DNA of 60,262 nt, counting the filler, from Bipalium vagum (taxonomy: Eukaryota), in assembly GCA_037834085.1 (NCBI GenBank). It is 3 parts of 3 records of this genome, joined end to end, with 100 filler letters (N's around TTAATTAATTAA, not from the genome) between each part and the next. Parts side by side here need not be neighbours in the genome. Positions count along the whole stretch, not along the records: positions 1 to 21,700 come from JBBMKC010231399.1; positions 21,801 to 44,440 come from JBBMKC010218576.1; 1 more part is not named here. One strand, 5' to 3'. The notes under the pieces are model-generated. The model worked only from the letters and a program-made list of their open reading frames with translations. It made no database searches and was not told the DNA's origin. Shown here in pieces: positions 12,618-25,982 of the stretch (positions are counted from its first letter, which is position 1; the number at the start of each line of letters is the position of its first letter). A program made the position numbers and the translations under genes.

Positions 12618-15179
12618 GGCGACCACACCGAAAATGTACATGCCTTAACCAGAAGCATGAAAAAAGTTAGTCATGGATGCTTTACCAAAATCAAACGATA
12701 TAACGGCAGAAGCTCTACTGAAGCCGAAAGATGGTTGAAAGATATTGAGGAATGACTCAGTATAAATGACTTATGCCTTCTCGGCATATTTGATTTGCTA
12801 TGATCCGACGAAGCCTCAACCTTATGGAAGAGTTTCAAGACAGAAGCAACAATAAAAGAAGAAGCCAAGTCGTGGTTTTCTGACACATTATGGAGAAGAA
12901 ACCAATAACCGATTTCATTTGCGAATTGTCAGAAGTTAGACAAAAAATCGGAATGTGCCAGATGCTGAGATGTTCGAGACAGCGGATGGCAGACAGTGGA
13001 GTTGGATGAAGATAAGAGGTATGAAGATCTAAGTGTTCTGGGATTCCGGAGTTTCAGTTACTGTGATGAACAAAAATTGTTGGAACAAAATTCAGAATCC
13101 ACGTCTAGTGGAAAGAAACATGTTGTTGAGTGGCGTATTTTCGTCTGGAGGAGAAAGACCACTTGGATCTTTCAAAGAAAATACCTCTTGGAAGGGAAAG
13201 GGATTGAAGTTGAAATTATTGTAGTGAAGAAGCTGCAGCCCGACTTTATTGGTGGTGTCGACATTATGAACAATTTTGGGATTCAACTGTGTGTGGTAAA
13301 TAATATTGAGTCATCAGACTTGATTAAGAAAATATCTGACATAGATAGAGGAGCAAGTAATGATGGTATTCAATCATCAAACCAGTATACAGTTTCGTAA
13401 TATGTTACTACGACATGGGAAGATATTCATGACCCATTCATTTGATATTGGGCACACCGGATTGGTTAAACATGACATAATCGTCACCGGCCCACCTATT
13501 GCACAGGCATCACGAAGACAAGCAATGCATCTTGAATCTAAAGTTGATGAGATGAATACTCAACTTTTAGATGCCGGTGTCATTTCCAAATGCAAAAGTG
13601 CATGAAGCTCCCAGTCGGAAGAAAGATGGATCTATCCGAATTTGCGTGGATTTCAGAAGTGTAAACGCCATAACAGAAAAATACACGTTCCCGATGCCAG
13701 ACATCCAAATGCTGCTGGATTGCTTGGCGGATTCAAAATATTTTTCGTTAATAGATCTTGGCCAAGCCTATTACCAAGTGAAATTGACAAGCACAGAAGG
13801 ATAAACTATGTTAAGCACCAATTCTGGGTTTTCCAAGCAGAGATCGTATTTTTATTGGATACAGATGCAAGCTTTGGAGCGATTGGATCTGTTTTGAGTC
13901 AGCTGAAGGAAGATGGAAGTGAAACAGTTATTGCTTATGCCTCTAGACACATATCTATCCATGAATTGGGATATTGTGTCACCAGAAAAGAGCTGTTATC
14001 AATCTATGAATTTGTTCTTCATTTCAAGCAGTGGAAAACATTGCATTGTGAGAACAGATCATAAAGCTTTGGTTTTTATGAATACCACGAAGAACCCAAT
14101 TAGTCCACAGTTTCAAACTTGGCTAGCAAATCTATCAGAATATAATTTTGAATTGAGGTTCAGAAAAGGTTAAGATCATTGTAACACTGATGGTCTATCC
14201 AGAATTTCCCATGTAGTATGCTCTGAACACCAAACGAAGCATGAACACGCCAAGATTGAGAAGCCAAAAACAAAATACATCAGTGCCGTTCATAATATTA
14301 CTCCTCAATTGGAAAGAATAAGAATCGAACAGAGGGCCGATAAACTGATATCTGGAATCCTTATCCCGAGAAGAAGCTCACATTTCTTAGAGCATATCGT
14401 GGTAGATGTAGCCTTTATGGGAAAAGCAGCGGCACACTGCAAAAACATGGTTGTCATTATTGACCGTTTTAGCAAACTAGTGAGTTTATGCTCGATGTCC
14501 AAACTTCATGATCAATCAATCTTCAAGGCAATAATGAACCATTGGATTTATAGATTTGGCAAGCCGAAGATTATCTTAACAGATCGAGGAAAGAACTTTG
14601 AGAGTTCTTGGATTCAACAAAAATGGAGAGACCTCAATATGGAGTGCGAATTCAGTTCACCTTACCAGCATCAGTCCAACGGTCTAGTCGAGCGAGCAAT
14701 CCGAACGATTCGAGATATGATAACCACATCTCAAAAGAGCGGTTGTCAAGAAAAAGATTGACACGAATTGCTCCCAAGAATTGAGTTTACTATAAATGGT
14801 AATCAGCAGAGCTCAACAAAGTTTTCTCCATTTGAGCTTGTATTTGGCTACAAAGTCAATCTTTATTCTGGCAGCCGTGACCAAACCTATCCAGATACAG
14901 AGATCATTAGAGAAGCTCGAAGAAACTTAGAAATTGCAGCCGATAAAATGAAGAACTTCGAAACGGATATTAGAGGTTCACGTGAGTTTTCAATTGGGAA
15001 AAAAGTATTTCTACGGAAAGAGCCGCAAAACAGAAAGAAGAATGATTTCCAATATGAAGGTCCATACAGGATCACAAACTTCCTATCCCCAAATCAAGTT
15101 GAACTGACAGGTCCAGAAGGAATCAAACTGAGGAGAATTGAATGGCTGAAGAAGTGGCATCAGTCTTAATTGAAGGGGG

Positions 15180-15255
15180 AATTACGTGTTGCGTAATTAT
15201 GTTTTGTTTGAATAATACTGACGTCTTTTCAATTTGTAGTAAAGAAGAACTAACT
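15180..15255 (+). repeat. 3' LTR (76 bp) preceded by polypurine tract GAAGGGGG
   Basis: aattacgtgttgcgtaattatg...gtagtaaagaagaactaact lies just after the integrase stop at 15169 and the PPT at 15172-15179. Confidence 0.85.
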
Positions 15256-15289
15256 AGTATAAATTGTCATTTTTACTCACCATAATTAT

Positions 15290-15680
15290 GATGAAATGTG
15301 TAAAATCATTTTTGATGCTTCACATAAAGAAACTCCAAAATCATTTAAATTATGAATGGAATAAAACTAATAAAACAAAAAATATTTATGTAGCTTTATA
15401 TACAACTACTCATGCACAATTAAGATAATATGATTTATAAGATAGTTTAAATGAAAGATAGTTTAACTGATGCAATTATATTTATTGATGTTTTGTAAAA
15501 ATAAAATTTGTGATCTTGAAAATTGTAAATCTCTTAGAAAAATAGAAAATAAAATAGGTCAAAATGTAGGAGATTTAACAAAAGAAATTGAAACAGAATA
15601 TATATTTCTTATATAAATGAAATAGCTGTGCCTGCTCCAAAAGATTATCATTTGAAAATTTGATAAAACTGTGTTGGGTC
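15290..15680 (+). mobile_element. Polinton/Maverick protein-primed DNA polymerase B, C-terminal pseudogene fragment
   Basis: NIYVALYTTTHAQLR..TDAIIFID..GQNVGDLTKEI..YINEIAVPAPKDY parallels pPolB NIFIAAFTTAYARL..YxDTDS..GD.LGDL.DE..GPKNY. Confidence 0.7.
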
Positions 15681-15732
15681 AATTTATGATTTTCATCACG
15701 CAATTAATTTAATTTTTTTTTCTTTAGAACTA

Positions 15733-16450
15733 TTACTCATAAATATAACAGTAAAAATCTAAGTTTGGATAAACACCAATATAATTCGTTATTTCTGTAG
15801 TATTAAAATAATGAGGAAAACATCCTTTTACACTTTTAAAATCAAAAGTACTTGGAAAAATTTTCAAAGGAGATAATAGTAAATTTATTGAATCAACAAA
15901 TCTTATTTTAAAATGTTTAACTAACATAAATGTGATTTTATTTCTTGAACTACATTTTTCTTCAGATAATATATCGAATTAACCGACCTAATATAGGATG
16001 ATAATAATAACTCTGCATAATGAACAACTAAAGCATAATTTTTAAATCTAAAGAATTGAGAAATTTACAAAAAATATCGACTAATAATTTTGAGTTTTTG
16101 ATTAACATTTCATTTTAATTGTTAAATTTTTTGTTTTAAGAGTAAAAATAATAATTGAATTATATTTTTCTTTCATTATCATATGCTATAGCATAATTTA
16201 TTTAATGATAACCAGCATTTTTTGAGTGCCTTCAAAATTAAAAATATATTTATTTATTTCCATTATTTTCTATATAACATTTATGCTGACTAAAAGTGGT
16301 TTATAAGGTTCATTACAAATTCGATAATTTTTAAAATTACATTTATCTTGATAAGAGCTAAAATATTCTTCACCACAATCCTGACATATTTAAGAACTTC
16401 GATAAGTAGTTATATTATCTATTTTGCAAGTATGCTGATTTTGAAATTTT
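15733..16450 (-). mobile_element. Polinton/Maverick pPolB N-terminal (exonuclease) pseudogene fragment
   Basis: ORF 15733-15927 reads IRFVDSINLLLSPLKIFPSTFDFKSVKGCFPHYFNT, like IRFIDSLNF..L..LP..F...KGYFPH.FN. Upstream YIFNFEGTQ resembles FFDFE.TQ. Confidence 0.75.
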
Positions 16451-16839
16451 TTTAAACATTTATGTTAATATTTTTGACTTTAAAAAAATCAGATATTTTT
16501 GATATTGAAAAAAATGACAAGTTTTATCTTCATCATAATAATATAAAGTTTTTCTATCAAAATCTTCATTACCTCTATATAAAATTGGTTGATCATTATT
16601 ACATTAAGTTCAGACACCTCATTTTCCACTTCTCTCCTTCATTTATATCTCCTGGGCCGTGGCATTTTGATTAATTTCGTCTTTTTCCCTATGACAGTAG
16701 TTATAATAAAAAAAATGTTTTAATGTTTTAAATGTTTTTATATTTTAAATGTTGTAATGTTTTAAATGTTTTAAGTTATTTCCATATTTTTGATTATCTG
16801 ACTTTTTAGAACATTTCCCTTTTTCTCTAATTAAATGAC

Positions 16840-17480
16840 ATACTTTTTATCAGTATTATTGAATATATTTTTTATTTCATTGGGAAATCTTGTTCATTAA
16901 TCATTAAAAAATAAATGAAAATCTAAATTGGCGCATTATGAAAATAAAATAGATTTTTTAATGACGTATTACATTTATAATGTGCTACTCCTCTATACTC
17001 ACAATTTAGATGATCATAAGAGATAAATCATAATTTCTCTAAATTCTATTTTTGTTCTTCTACATCTTTATTACAATAAATACATCATGTATGGGTTATT
17101 AAAAGTTATCTCATCATCTTCCGTCATAATTTTTTTGCTTTGTACTCTAATTATATTAGTTAAATCAATATTTATTTTAATTTATCGATTATATCTATAC
17201 CATAAAATATTTTGATTCTTATAATTCTTTATATTTTATTTTATATATAATCTTATTGATATTAGTTGTCTAATACTTAAATCTATAAAATAATTGTTTT
17301 ATAACATTCAAAATCAGCATAAATCACTAATGGTGTTTTATTTCTAAAATAATAATTTATAACCAATCCTCTATGTGACTTTAGCTTCTTTACAATAATG
17401 TATGTTCTTTTAATAAATTAATTGATTTATGTGAATTTAAACTTTTTATGCATGGATACTTTATTTTTATTATCATTTGA
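16840..17480 (-). mobile_element. Second Polinton-type pPolB fragment, with embedded endonuclease VII-like motif
   Basis: TPLVIYADFECY (Exo I motif), DHLNCEYRGVAHYKCN (DHCH.TG.YRG.AH..CN-like) and FHN..LDFHL (Exo II motif), all with frameshifts. Confidence 0.65.
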
Positions 17481-20179
17481 AAATATATTTTGTCAGTCAA
17501 ATTAATTGTCGTTTTAATTAATCAGAATGGTTTATAGTGTGTTATGTTCGTGTTCAAATAAAAAGTGAGATTATATATTATTTTTTATCGACTGGGTAAG
17601 TGAATATGGGTGCAAGTAAAATTCAAATTGGATTGATAAAAATACTTAAACACAATAAAAATTATTCACTATGACAAATTAATACAAAATTTTGGTTTTA
17701 TATAAAAAAAATATATTTTTCAATCCTAGCCTCAAGAGCCCTCAAAAGTAACAAGTGCTTCTCCGCCCTACTAGACGTAAGGAAGGCAATAAAAAGAAAG
17801 GATATGAAGTGTTAATATCAATCGGCTTGTAGTCAGAAATAGAAGACATTTTTGAATATATTTTATTAAGTGAAATAACAAATAATATTTAAACAAATTT
17901 TCTCAGACCTGGAAATTTCATTCATACTTTTTAAATATTTTAAAATAAATAATTAAAAATTCCCCAGGTCTGATTAGCCTTCTCATAGAAAGTAACAAAA
18001 ATATATTTATTTTGATAATGATAGAATAATTGTGGAACTATCCAATTATTCTATCCCGATTATTTTACAGATATTATAAATTAATCACAATATTCAATCT
18101 GTGATCAAATTAATATTTATGATTTACTTGTAAAACAAAAAACGAAAATAATTACTTTTACGACTGTTGGACAAACTAAAGATGGTTCTCTGGATAGATT
18201 ATTGGTTAACCACACGATTCTAAATATTCCTTAGTAGGATATGAGGGCGTTTCTTGAATTTGAAACTTCACTTCCAGTTTTTTTCTTTTAATATTTCGGA
18301 ATCGAAATGTAGTTGTTTTCAAATAGTTTCTCCAAAATTAGCTTTTAATGTTCTGTCACCTTTTTCTTTTTTTATTACTTGTTTTCTGTCTTTTATATAC
18401 TAGAAATTGCTTGTTCAATTGAAATGGTAATATAAAGTTTCCTTTTGATCTCTTCTCCACAAGTGTCCGATTTCCAATGTAATTCAATATCTTTACTTCT
18501 GCTACGATATTCGATATTTACCTCATAAAATTTTTGTCCTTTTCTATGACAATCGATGTTCTGATAGCTACACTGTAATTTGATATTCAAAAAAATTTTG
18601 TTCTGTTTTTGATTAAAGAGAAATTTAATTTATAATATTATTTTTTAACCTATTTTTATTTATAGAAATATAAATTTACTATAATTAATTTTTATAACTT
18701 TTTTTTATTTATTTCATTATTTAGTTATTATTTTTGTTGTTATTTCTAAATTTATAATTATTTTAAATTACCTGCTTTTTTGTGAATATTATTTATATTT
18801 TATTTTCGCGTTTAATTAATTTATCATATATTATTACATATACACATATGCTTAAAGTTTTATATAAAGAATTTACTTAGCAAAGGTTCAAAGGATTACA
18901 ACATAAGGTTTGCACAAAATAGTAAATTTTTTGAGTCATTTCTTTTCTGCCTCCTAACCTGGGAATGAACTTTACATACTTAAAAATTCAACCAGAACTA
19001 GTAATCTCTTTTATGTTCATATTTTTTTAATTTGAACACATTTTGGTTTATATTATGAAATAACTTTAATACTTACATCTTTTTAAAATTCATTTAGAGA
19101 TTATACTTTTTGATTTCATTAATTCTTATTTTGATTCTAAAAATTCTCAATTTAGAAGTATGTATACATTTTTATTTTATGATTTTGAGTAATTTGTCAA
19201 TTAAGTTTCTTAATACTAATTTATGTAAATGTAAAATGATATCATGAAGCTAGAAACTATACTTTCCAAGTAAATACTGACCAAAAATGGTATAAATCCA
19301 AATCGAATCAACAACAGATTTCATCATAACCTGTGAAGATAAAGAGACATTTTGATGATGCCAACATTTTAAGCAAAACAAAAAACGAATAAATCCGAAA
19401 GAAAATAGCAAACAGCATGAAATATCCAATTTATTTGGACAATGTCTTCGTTGGGATGTTGGCGTCTTGGGATCACTAAAGCGACACTTACTAAAATTTG
19501 GTATAAGAAAGCATATTTTTATTGTTTCAAATTTCCAATAAGTCTATTATTATAATAAATGTAAATGTATGGTGTACTCTTATCAAAATCAGCTAAATTT
19601 TTGTTTCCTTGTAAATAACGTCAATTTTAATAAAATAATGTGTATCACAAAATCAAAAATTTAATTTATGAAAATAGTAATAATTTATTAATGACAAGTA
19701 GAATGTAAATGACAACTAAAGTCATTATTAGACAAATAAGTAAAAAATTAAATTTTCAATTGATCATTAATCAAATCTTCATTAATTAGTTTATTAATTT
19801 AGGAACACTTCAATTTTATTTAAGTCTTAATCAATTTCTTTATAATTTAATTAAATTTCATTCCATTAAAAAAACTATTCTAATTTTCAAAAATGGAATA
19901 AAATAACAAAAATGTATAAAATATGCTTGCACCGTAAAGTATAAATTATTTTCTAAGTTGATTGGAATCCTAAGAAGTTTAATATCTTTAATTATTGTAC
20001 CATACACAGAAACCGTTAATGATTTAAAAATCTTGTTTTCGAAACACATTTATTGCAAATAGGAGGAAGTAATAAAAAGAATGAAAAATATAACAATAAT
20101 AAAGACAAATGAAAATTATTCAAATTAATAAAAGTTGAACAAAAAAGAATTTTCAAAGCACTCATTCATGATTGATTTC

Positions 20180-21660
20180 TAATTGTAACGAGACCTGAAA
20201 GTAATGGTAAAATTAAATGAAATTTTTTTAAAATTTGAAATTATCCGGAAAATTGTACTTGAGAAATAAAATTAAAGACATTTTGACTTTAAAAATGTAA
20301 CATTCAAAAATTTAGTAGTCGGAGCTCAATGGAGCAGAACGCTGGATAATGGAAATCGATTAGTCTTTTATGAATTATGTTCGGAGTTTTTTTAATTTTT
20401 CTTTTCGGAAAAAGCTATTTAATGGAAGAATTTATAAACAGAAACTGCGACGAAAGAAAAGACAAGAAACTAGTTGAAGAATGCATTCATAATGGGAAAA
20501 TCCCAACTCGACATTGTAATGAACCAAGCAGTAATTAAGCAAAAAGCGAATGAGAATGCTGCAAAATTCGAAATTCCGACAGCGTAATGATGAATGCTAT
20601 GTTATAATGAGAAGAAATGGTTACAGGTTTTTCTGATGAAGAACAAAAATGGTCTTAAAGAAGCATTCATAATAAATCTGGTATTGAAAAGGAATATATC
20701 AGGGATAATGCAAAACTATATGAGAATAGGGAACAGGAAAGTTCTGAAAATGAAATTGTGCATGTATATGCAGTTCGATACCGGAGTCGCGCACAGGCAG
20801 TTTAGGGTGGACAATATTAAAGCCGGTGAAAGCCTCTGAATATTTGAATTCAAAACCAATCAGACCAACACATTGGGAGAATATCAGGGTCCCATCATCA
20901 TCATATCAGATAAATCAGGCTTTATAGACATGAATCAGTTTTCGTTAATCAAAAAGGTGATCCATTTTCGATGAAACAATTTGCCTGGTGTAAGAAATTG
21001 TAAGAGATTGTAAATAGAGTCAAGCAGCTTCGACTAGGTCAGTAATTTTGTTGCGGTAGTGGAGATCAATTAAGAATGCACTGCCCATTGAACAATGTAT
21101 GTAATATAAAACGGATATCGTATTCGATAGTGCCTACCTTTTGGAAAGGTGTTCTAATATATAATGTAAATCAATATTGTGTATTCATGAAGAGATCGAA
21201 ATAGTCTCAATCTCAGTATGGAAGCTTACAAGATGACTCAGACGATGACATAATATTACATTACAGATTCCATTTCTTACATTTCGTCTGCAAGTCTAAA
21301 TAGAAATCGAAGTATATCTATGTAACATAGTGCATCAGTTTGAGTTCGTATTCATGACATCGACTTTTGACTTAGATCATAGTGACAGATACACCAGACC
21401 ACAATCACCCGGATCAGATTTGTTTAAAAAACAAGAAGAGGAGATGAGGACAGAGAGAATGAGTGAGTTTGAGAAGGATAAAAGCGTTGTCCAGAATTTG
21501 AATTTGTGGAATGTATTAGTCTTGAAAGAACCCAAGAGTCAAAAGTACGACGACCCTTGCCGAATAACATTTACATATCATATATCAAATTGTATTGAAG
21601 GTGCCGGACAAAATGAAAGTTGAAAGGCTAAAATAGCGGCGAAGGAGTTAGAGAATATGC
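20180..21660 (+). mobile_element. Strongly decayed gypsy-like retroelement remnant
   Basis: Protease-like QFDTGVA (ORF 20594-20839) and a GPY-like integrase tail VLVLKEPKSQKYDDPCRIT (ORF 21330-21623). Truncated by the gap. Confidence 0.4.
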
Positions 21661-21700
21661 AATGCTTTTATTTTAAAAATACGTTTTAAAACTAGAACGT

Positions 21701-21800
21701 NNNNNNNNNNNNNNNNNNNNNNNNNNNNNNNNNNNNNNNNNNNNTTAATTAATTAANNNNNNNNNNNNNNNNNNNNNNNNNNNNNNNNNNNNNNNNNNNN
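21701..21800. other. Assembly gap with artificial linker (44 N + TTAATTAATTAA + 44 N)
   Basis: Identical 100-bp structure at 44441-44540. The linker has stops in all six frames. Confidence 0.95.
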
Positions 21801-22479
21801 TAATAATATTGATAATAATAATATTGATAATAATAATATTGATAATATTAATAATGATAATCAATATTAAGATAAATATAATTTCTGAAGGATACAGTGT
21901 TACTGTTATATATTAAATCTATCACCATTGTTGAAACCCTTCAAAACCCATGGTGAAGTATAAAAATCTCATATCCCTCTCGCAGCACAGATTAAAACAA
22001 TTATTAAAAGAAAATTTCATATGTAATGTTTTTTTTAATTTAAATACCAAAACTGTTATTAAAAAGAAAAAATTCAATTAAAGATTGTTTCGCGGATCCC
22101 TTTAAAATTGGCCGTGATGGTTTGACATTTATCTGGTAATCCCTTGTGTTGGGTTTTTTATTTACTACGTTAAAAGAAATCGTTTATGTTGCATCTCTGT
22201 TGTGGAGTGATGCTTCACATTTTATCATTTGTCAATAATCAACAGCCGAGGGCTGCGAGTGAAACTTTTGTTTAAAAAAAGAGACTATTTTTTATTATTA
22301 TTATTTTCTCTCTTTTTTGAGAGAGGAATGCTTGAAAAATATTTATGGAACATTTTTCATTGGGGAAAAATTGTCCCCCTTTAATTTTTTTAAATTAACT
22401 AAAAATATCATTAAAACTGTACATTGAATTTATGGGAAATGTTTTCAACCGTAACATTTTTTGAATATTGCAATGGTAA

Positions 22480-23700
22480 AACAATTATCCATTTTATGCT
22501 TCATTGAAATGTGGCAAAACAATTACGAGGATCTGCTTTGGGAACTGGGCCGTGCTTATCGCTTTTTCAGATTCTTTTCGTTCCTGTGAGTTTTTTTTCA
22601 AATGATTATGACCTTTATCCTTCCAGCTGGTTTAATATGTTTATAAAGTAGGCGTAGAAGTTGGAATTTCGGGAACATATTGGCAGATTCACTTGTAATT
22701 TTCTTGGCGGTTAGCTTTCCTGTGGTGAAGGAACATCTTTTCGTCAGATAAGAATCAGAGGAAACCAGAGCTGTCGTGCTTCAAAAAATTCCCCAAGGCT
22801 GATGCTTTTGTTTTTCTACTGAATTTATTTCTTTCCGTCTACAGATGTCGACTTTGAAGCACGCAGGATATGTAACTTAAGTCATTATTTACCGCTATAC
22901 CCACAGCTTACTCAGTCATTTCAATTTTCTTTGACAGATCACTCCTTTTTTTACTCTTATCTTCATCAATTTCGTTTCATTTCATGTTCTTCTTCATTTT
23001 GTTTGCGAACAGACCTTTATTGTGATATTGTTTGAATTAAATATATTTATTGTTTTCTTTCGGTATAATATTTTCTTAATTCATAAAATTTGGTCTTGTA
23101 GCGAAACCATCTAATTATTTCTTTTGGCTTTTTTCCGATTAGGAGTGACTCCAATAATCCTGTATTTCAGTCAGATTCTGAACCCATGACTAATATTAAA
23201 TAATTCAAGTTTGATCAATCTATTTTATTGATAAATTAACTTACTTAAACAAAACCCATTATATGGATTACTCTAATAATTTTATTTTAACTACTTCGAA
23301 AATGTTGCGGATTTATCTCGATGACTTTGTTTATGGCATGGTCTACATCTCACGGTTGACTGAGCAAATTTCGAAAATTAATCCAAAATTATAAATCAGA
23401 GTGAATATTTCATTTGACAGGGATTATGAAAGGTATCTGTCATGATACATTTCAAAAGCATTTTTCTTATAACTAAAAACAAGAATGATTATAACAATTA
23501 TTTTATTGATGTATGTTTCAGACCTTTGGAATTACGTTGAACAAGTAAGATGTTTAATCAGCTTATAGTTTAGTGGTGAAGAAACAACCGGAAATAACAA
23601 TTTATATTTTCATTGATAAACAATGTTCCATTGTTGATCAGAGACATGATCCAGAGATCAAAAAAGAAAATATAAAGAGAAAATAAATATTTAAAGAGTA
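22480..23700 (-). mobile_element. Possible piggyBac-like transposase remnant
   Basis: Minus strand ends DPRNCFATFQ*, resembling the piggyBac Cys-rich tail RNCF..FH. The rest is badly decayed. Confidence 0.3.
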
Positions 23701-24892
23701 TGTCAGGTCAGGTGGAATTCTAATTTTAATAATTTTCTTTGTTTTCAATGTAAGATTTTAAAAATACATAATTAAATTTAATCAAAAGTAATAATGAAAT
23801 TCATTGGCTTGACTAGATTTGTTTGAATATTCAGATTTATGGTGTTAAAAAATAAATTATTAAAAAATACACTTATGGAATATAAATCAATAAATGTTAA
23901 TGCAATAAATAATCAATATTTCTGGATCAAATAAAATTATTTTTAATTCATAATTAAAATAATTTTAAATATTATATTATTTCTATATTTTCAGTAGAAT
24001 ATAAAATATTTAATAATTTCTAATTAATTAATAAATATTTCTAATATAATTTATATTTTCTTGACTTGTTTAAATGGTCTTTCAAATAAAATTATTTTTT
24101 ATTTTTATATATTTTTTAAATATATATATTTTAACTTTTATAATTATATAAAAAATAGAAAAACTTTTTATGAATATTAATACAATTAATTATTTGACAC
24201 CATGAAATGGGTCTAAGTTACACGATGAAGAGACAAAAAGGTTCTCAAATAAAGCAAGTATTCAAGGAAGAGCGTTATTTGTATAAAAAGTCTAATTAAA
24301 ATTGAACTCGCCCTCCAAAGGTCATCAAGCTTTGACGTCACCAGATTACAGCAGTGTCACATTTGATATATTTCACTATGCTAATAATAATTTCTGTTGA
24401 TTTAAAATCTATTCAATTAAAACAAGAATGTAAAATTAAGTCATTTATTTTTAAAATAAAATTATTTTTGATTTTTTCTCTTTCCAAATATAAAAATATT
24501 AAAAAATCGTTAATGATTTTACCGGGTTCTAATTTCATTTAAAGCCAGTTTTCGATTCTCATAATAATTTTAATGATAGATAGATAAAAGATGGTCCCAT
24601 CAACATTTCGAAATGTTATTCTTTTAATTTACTGAGATTTTATGTTATTAAACTGTCTTAAGAAAGTATGAAAAAAATATCTGAAAAAATTTCTCTTGTT
24701 AAATAAATTTGATATTTTAATTCCTTTGATAAGAATTGGACAGTAATAATTAAATTAATTTTGGCTTTGTTTTAATTGACGTAATGTTTAATTTAGCCCC
24801 ATTGAATAAGTTGACTTAATATTAATTTAAAGGCTTTAGTTAATCTCTTAAGAGATATTAGACAAGCGAAATTTTTGTTTAACTTTATATTA

Positions 24893-25982
24893 TTAGGTCG
24901 TCTGGAAAGTGTTGTGGATTTTTTAATGAATTCTTTTTCATTTAATACTATTTACGGGATCTCATTCGAAATATCTGCACCATGTCTTTGTTTTAAATGA
25001 CTAATTTAATCTCAAAGTAATATTATTTTTTAGCTTTACTTTTTTAACTATATAGTATATTATTTAAATATAACGAAAGAAGTCACTATTAAGGTCGCTG
25101 CTCTTCCATAAAACGCTTCGCTAATTAAAAAAATCTCTCTGTAGGTCTGAATTCTAAGAAAATTGAATAACATAAGAAATATTAAATTAGCCTTGACAAA
25201 AGACCTGCAGTGATATCAAAATTCAATTCTATATATGTTTAACTTCGTTTTGTTTAAATAAATTGATTAAACAAAAAATGCGGCGGTTGAAATAAACGGA
25301 AAATATTTTTAAAAAGAAAATAATATTATTATTTAGTCATTTTTTGAGATTATGAAATGTATTTGCTAAAGAACCATTTTCAACACATTCTTATTTGATT
25401 TTAAGTAGGATAAAAGTGCTCAAATTATCAACATCAAGATTTCTGAAGCATACGGATAAGGTGTTGGGTCAACAGATATAGTTAAAACATGGTTTCTAAA
25501 ATTCGAAGATCATAATTTCAAGCAGGAAGGTAATTCTCGTTCTGGTTGGGATGAAGCAGAAGACCATAACCCAGAATTCTTGCCTAGATGTTTCAGAATT
25601 GACTGAGGTTCTCAAAATACCACGATGTACCGTTAAAATTCTTATAAAAAACTGGGATTCATCAATAACTACGATATTTTGGTTCTTCATACTCATCTTA
25701 CCTGGCACCTTCAGATTACTATTTATTCTTCTCCCTCTAAAATTCATTATACCATAGGATATTTGATTCATTGGCGGCAATAAAAGGTACTTGGATGACT
25801 TATTTTCCAATATGCCAACGGATTTCTATAAGAGATTGATTTTTCGACTACTACAAGACCAATGGCGACTTGTAATTAAACAGAATGGATATAACATAAT
25901 AATGCTAATAATTAAGTTTTTAAAATGTTGAATTTCATTAGATTTTATTAGTCGAAATTCACAGGACTTTCTGATGACCTAA
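24893..25982 (+). mobile_element. Deleted mariner element with TIRs and TA TSD
   Basis: TA|TTAGGTCGTCTGGAAAGTGTTGTGGATTT ... AAATTCACAGGACTTTCTGATGACCTAA|TA, with mariner N- and C-terminal remnants inside. Same family as 34999-35903. Confidence 0.75.

Larger units (their letters stand above)
12529..15255 (+). mobile_element. Ty3/gypsy LTR retrotransposon, defective (frameshifts, RT core and most of the integrase HHCC region deleted)
   Basis: Domain order is gag (KIKRYNGRSSTEAERWL), protease (WDSGVSVTV), RT N-terminus (KKDGSIRICVDFR..FSLIDLGQAYYQV), RNase H (LDTDASFGAIGSVLSQ..TDHKAL) and integrase (IDRFSK, TDRGKNF, QSNGLVER, YEGPYRI). Paired LTRs, a PBS-like GGCGACC, a PPT and near-TSD AGAAT/AGTAT are present. 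Confidence 0.93.

Noticed and set aside
18100-18600. Minus-strand ORF 18393-18590
   Set aside because: No recognisable motif or splice context. Probably a decayed transposon N-terminus, but this is unsupported.
21745-21756. Palindromic TTAATTAATTAA inside N runs (also 44485-44496)
   Set aside because: The identical 44N-12-44N layout marks a synthetic contig-joining linker, not biology. Contiguity across these joins is uncertain.
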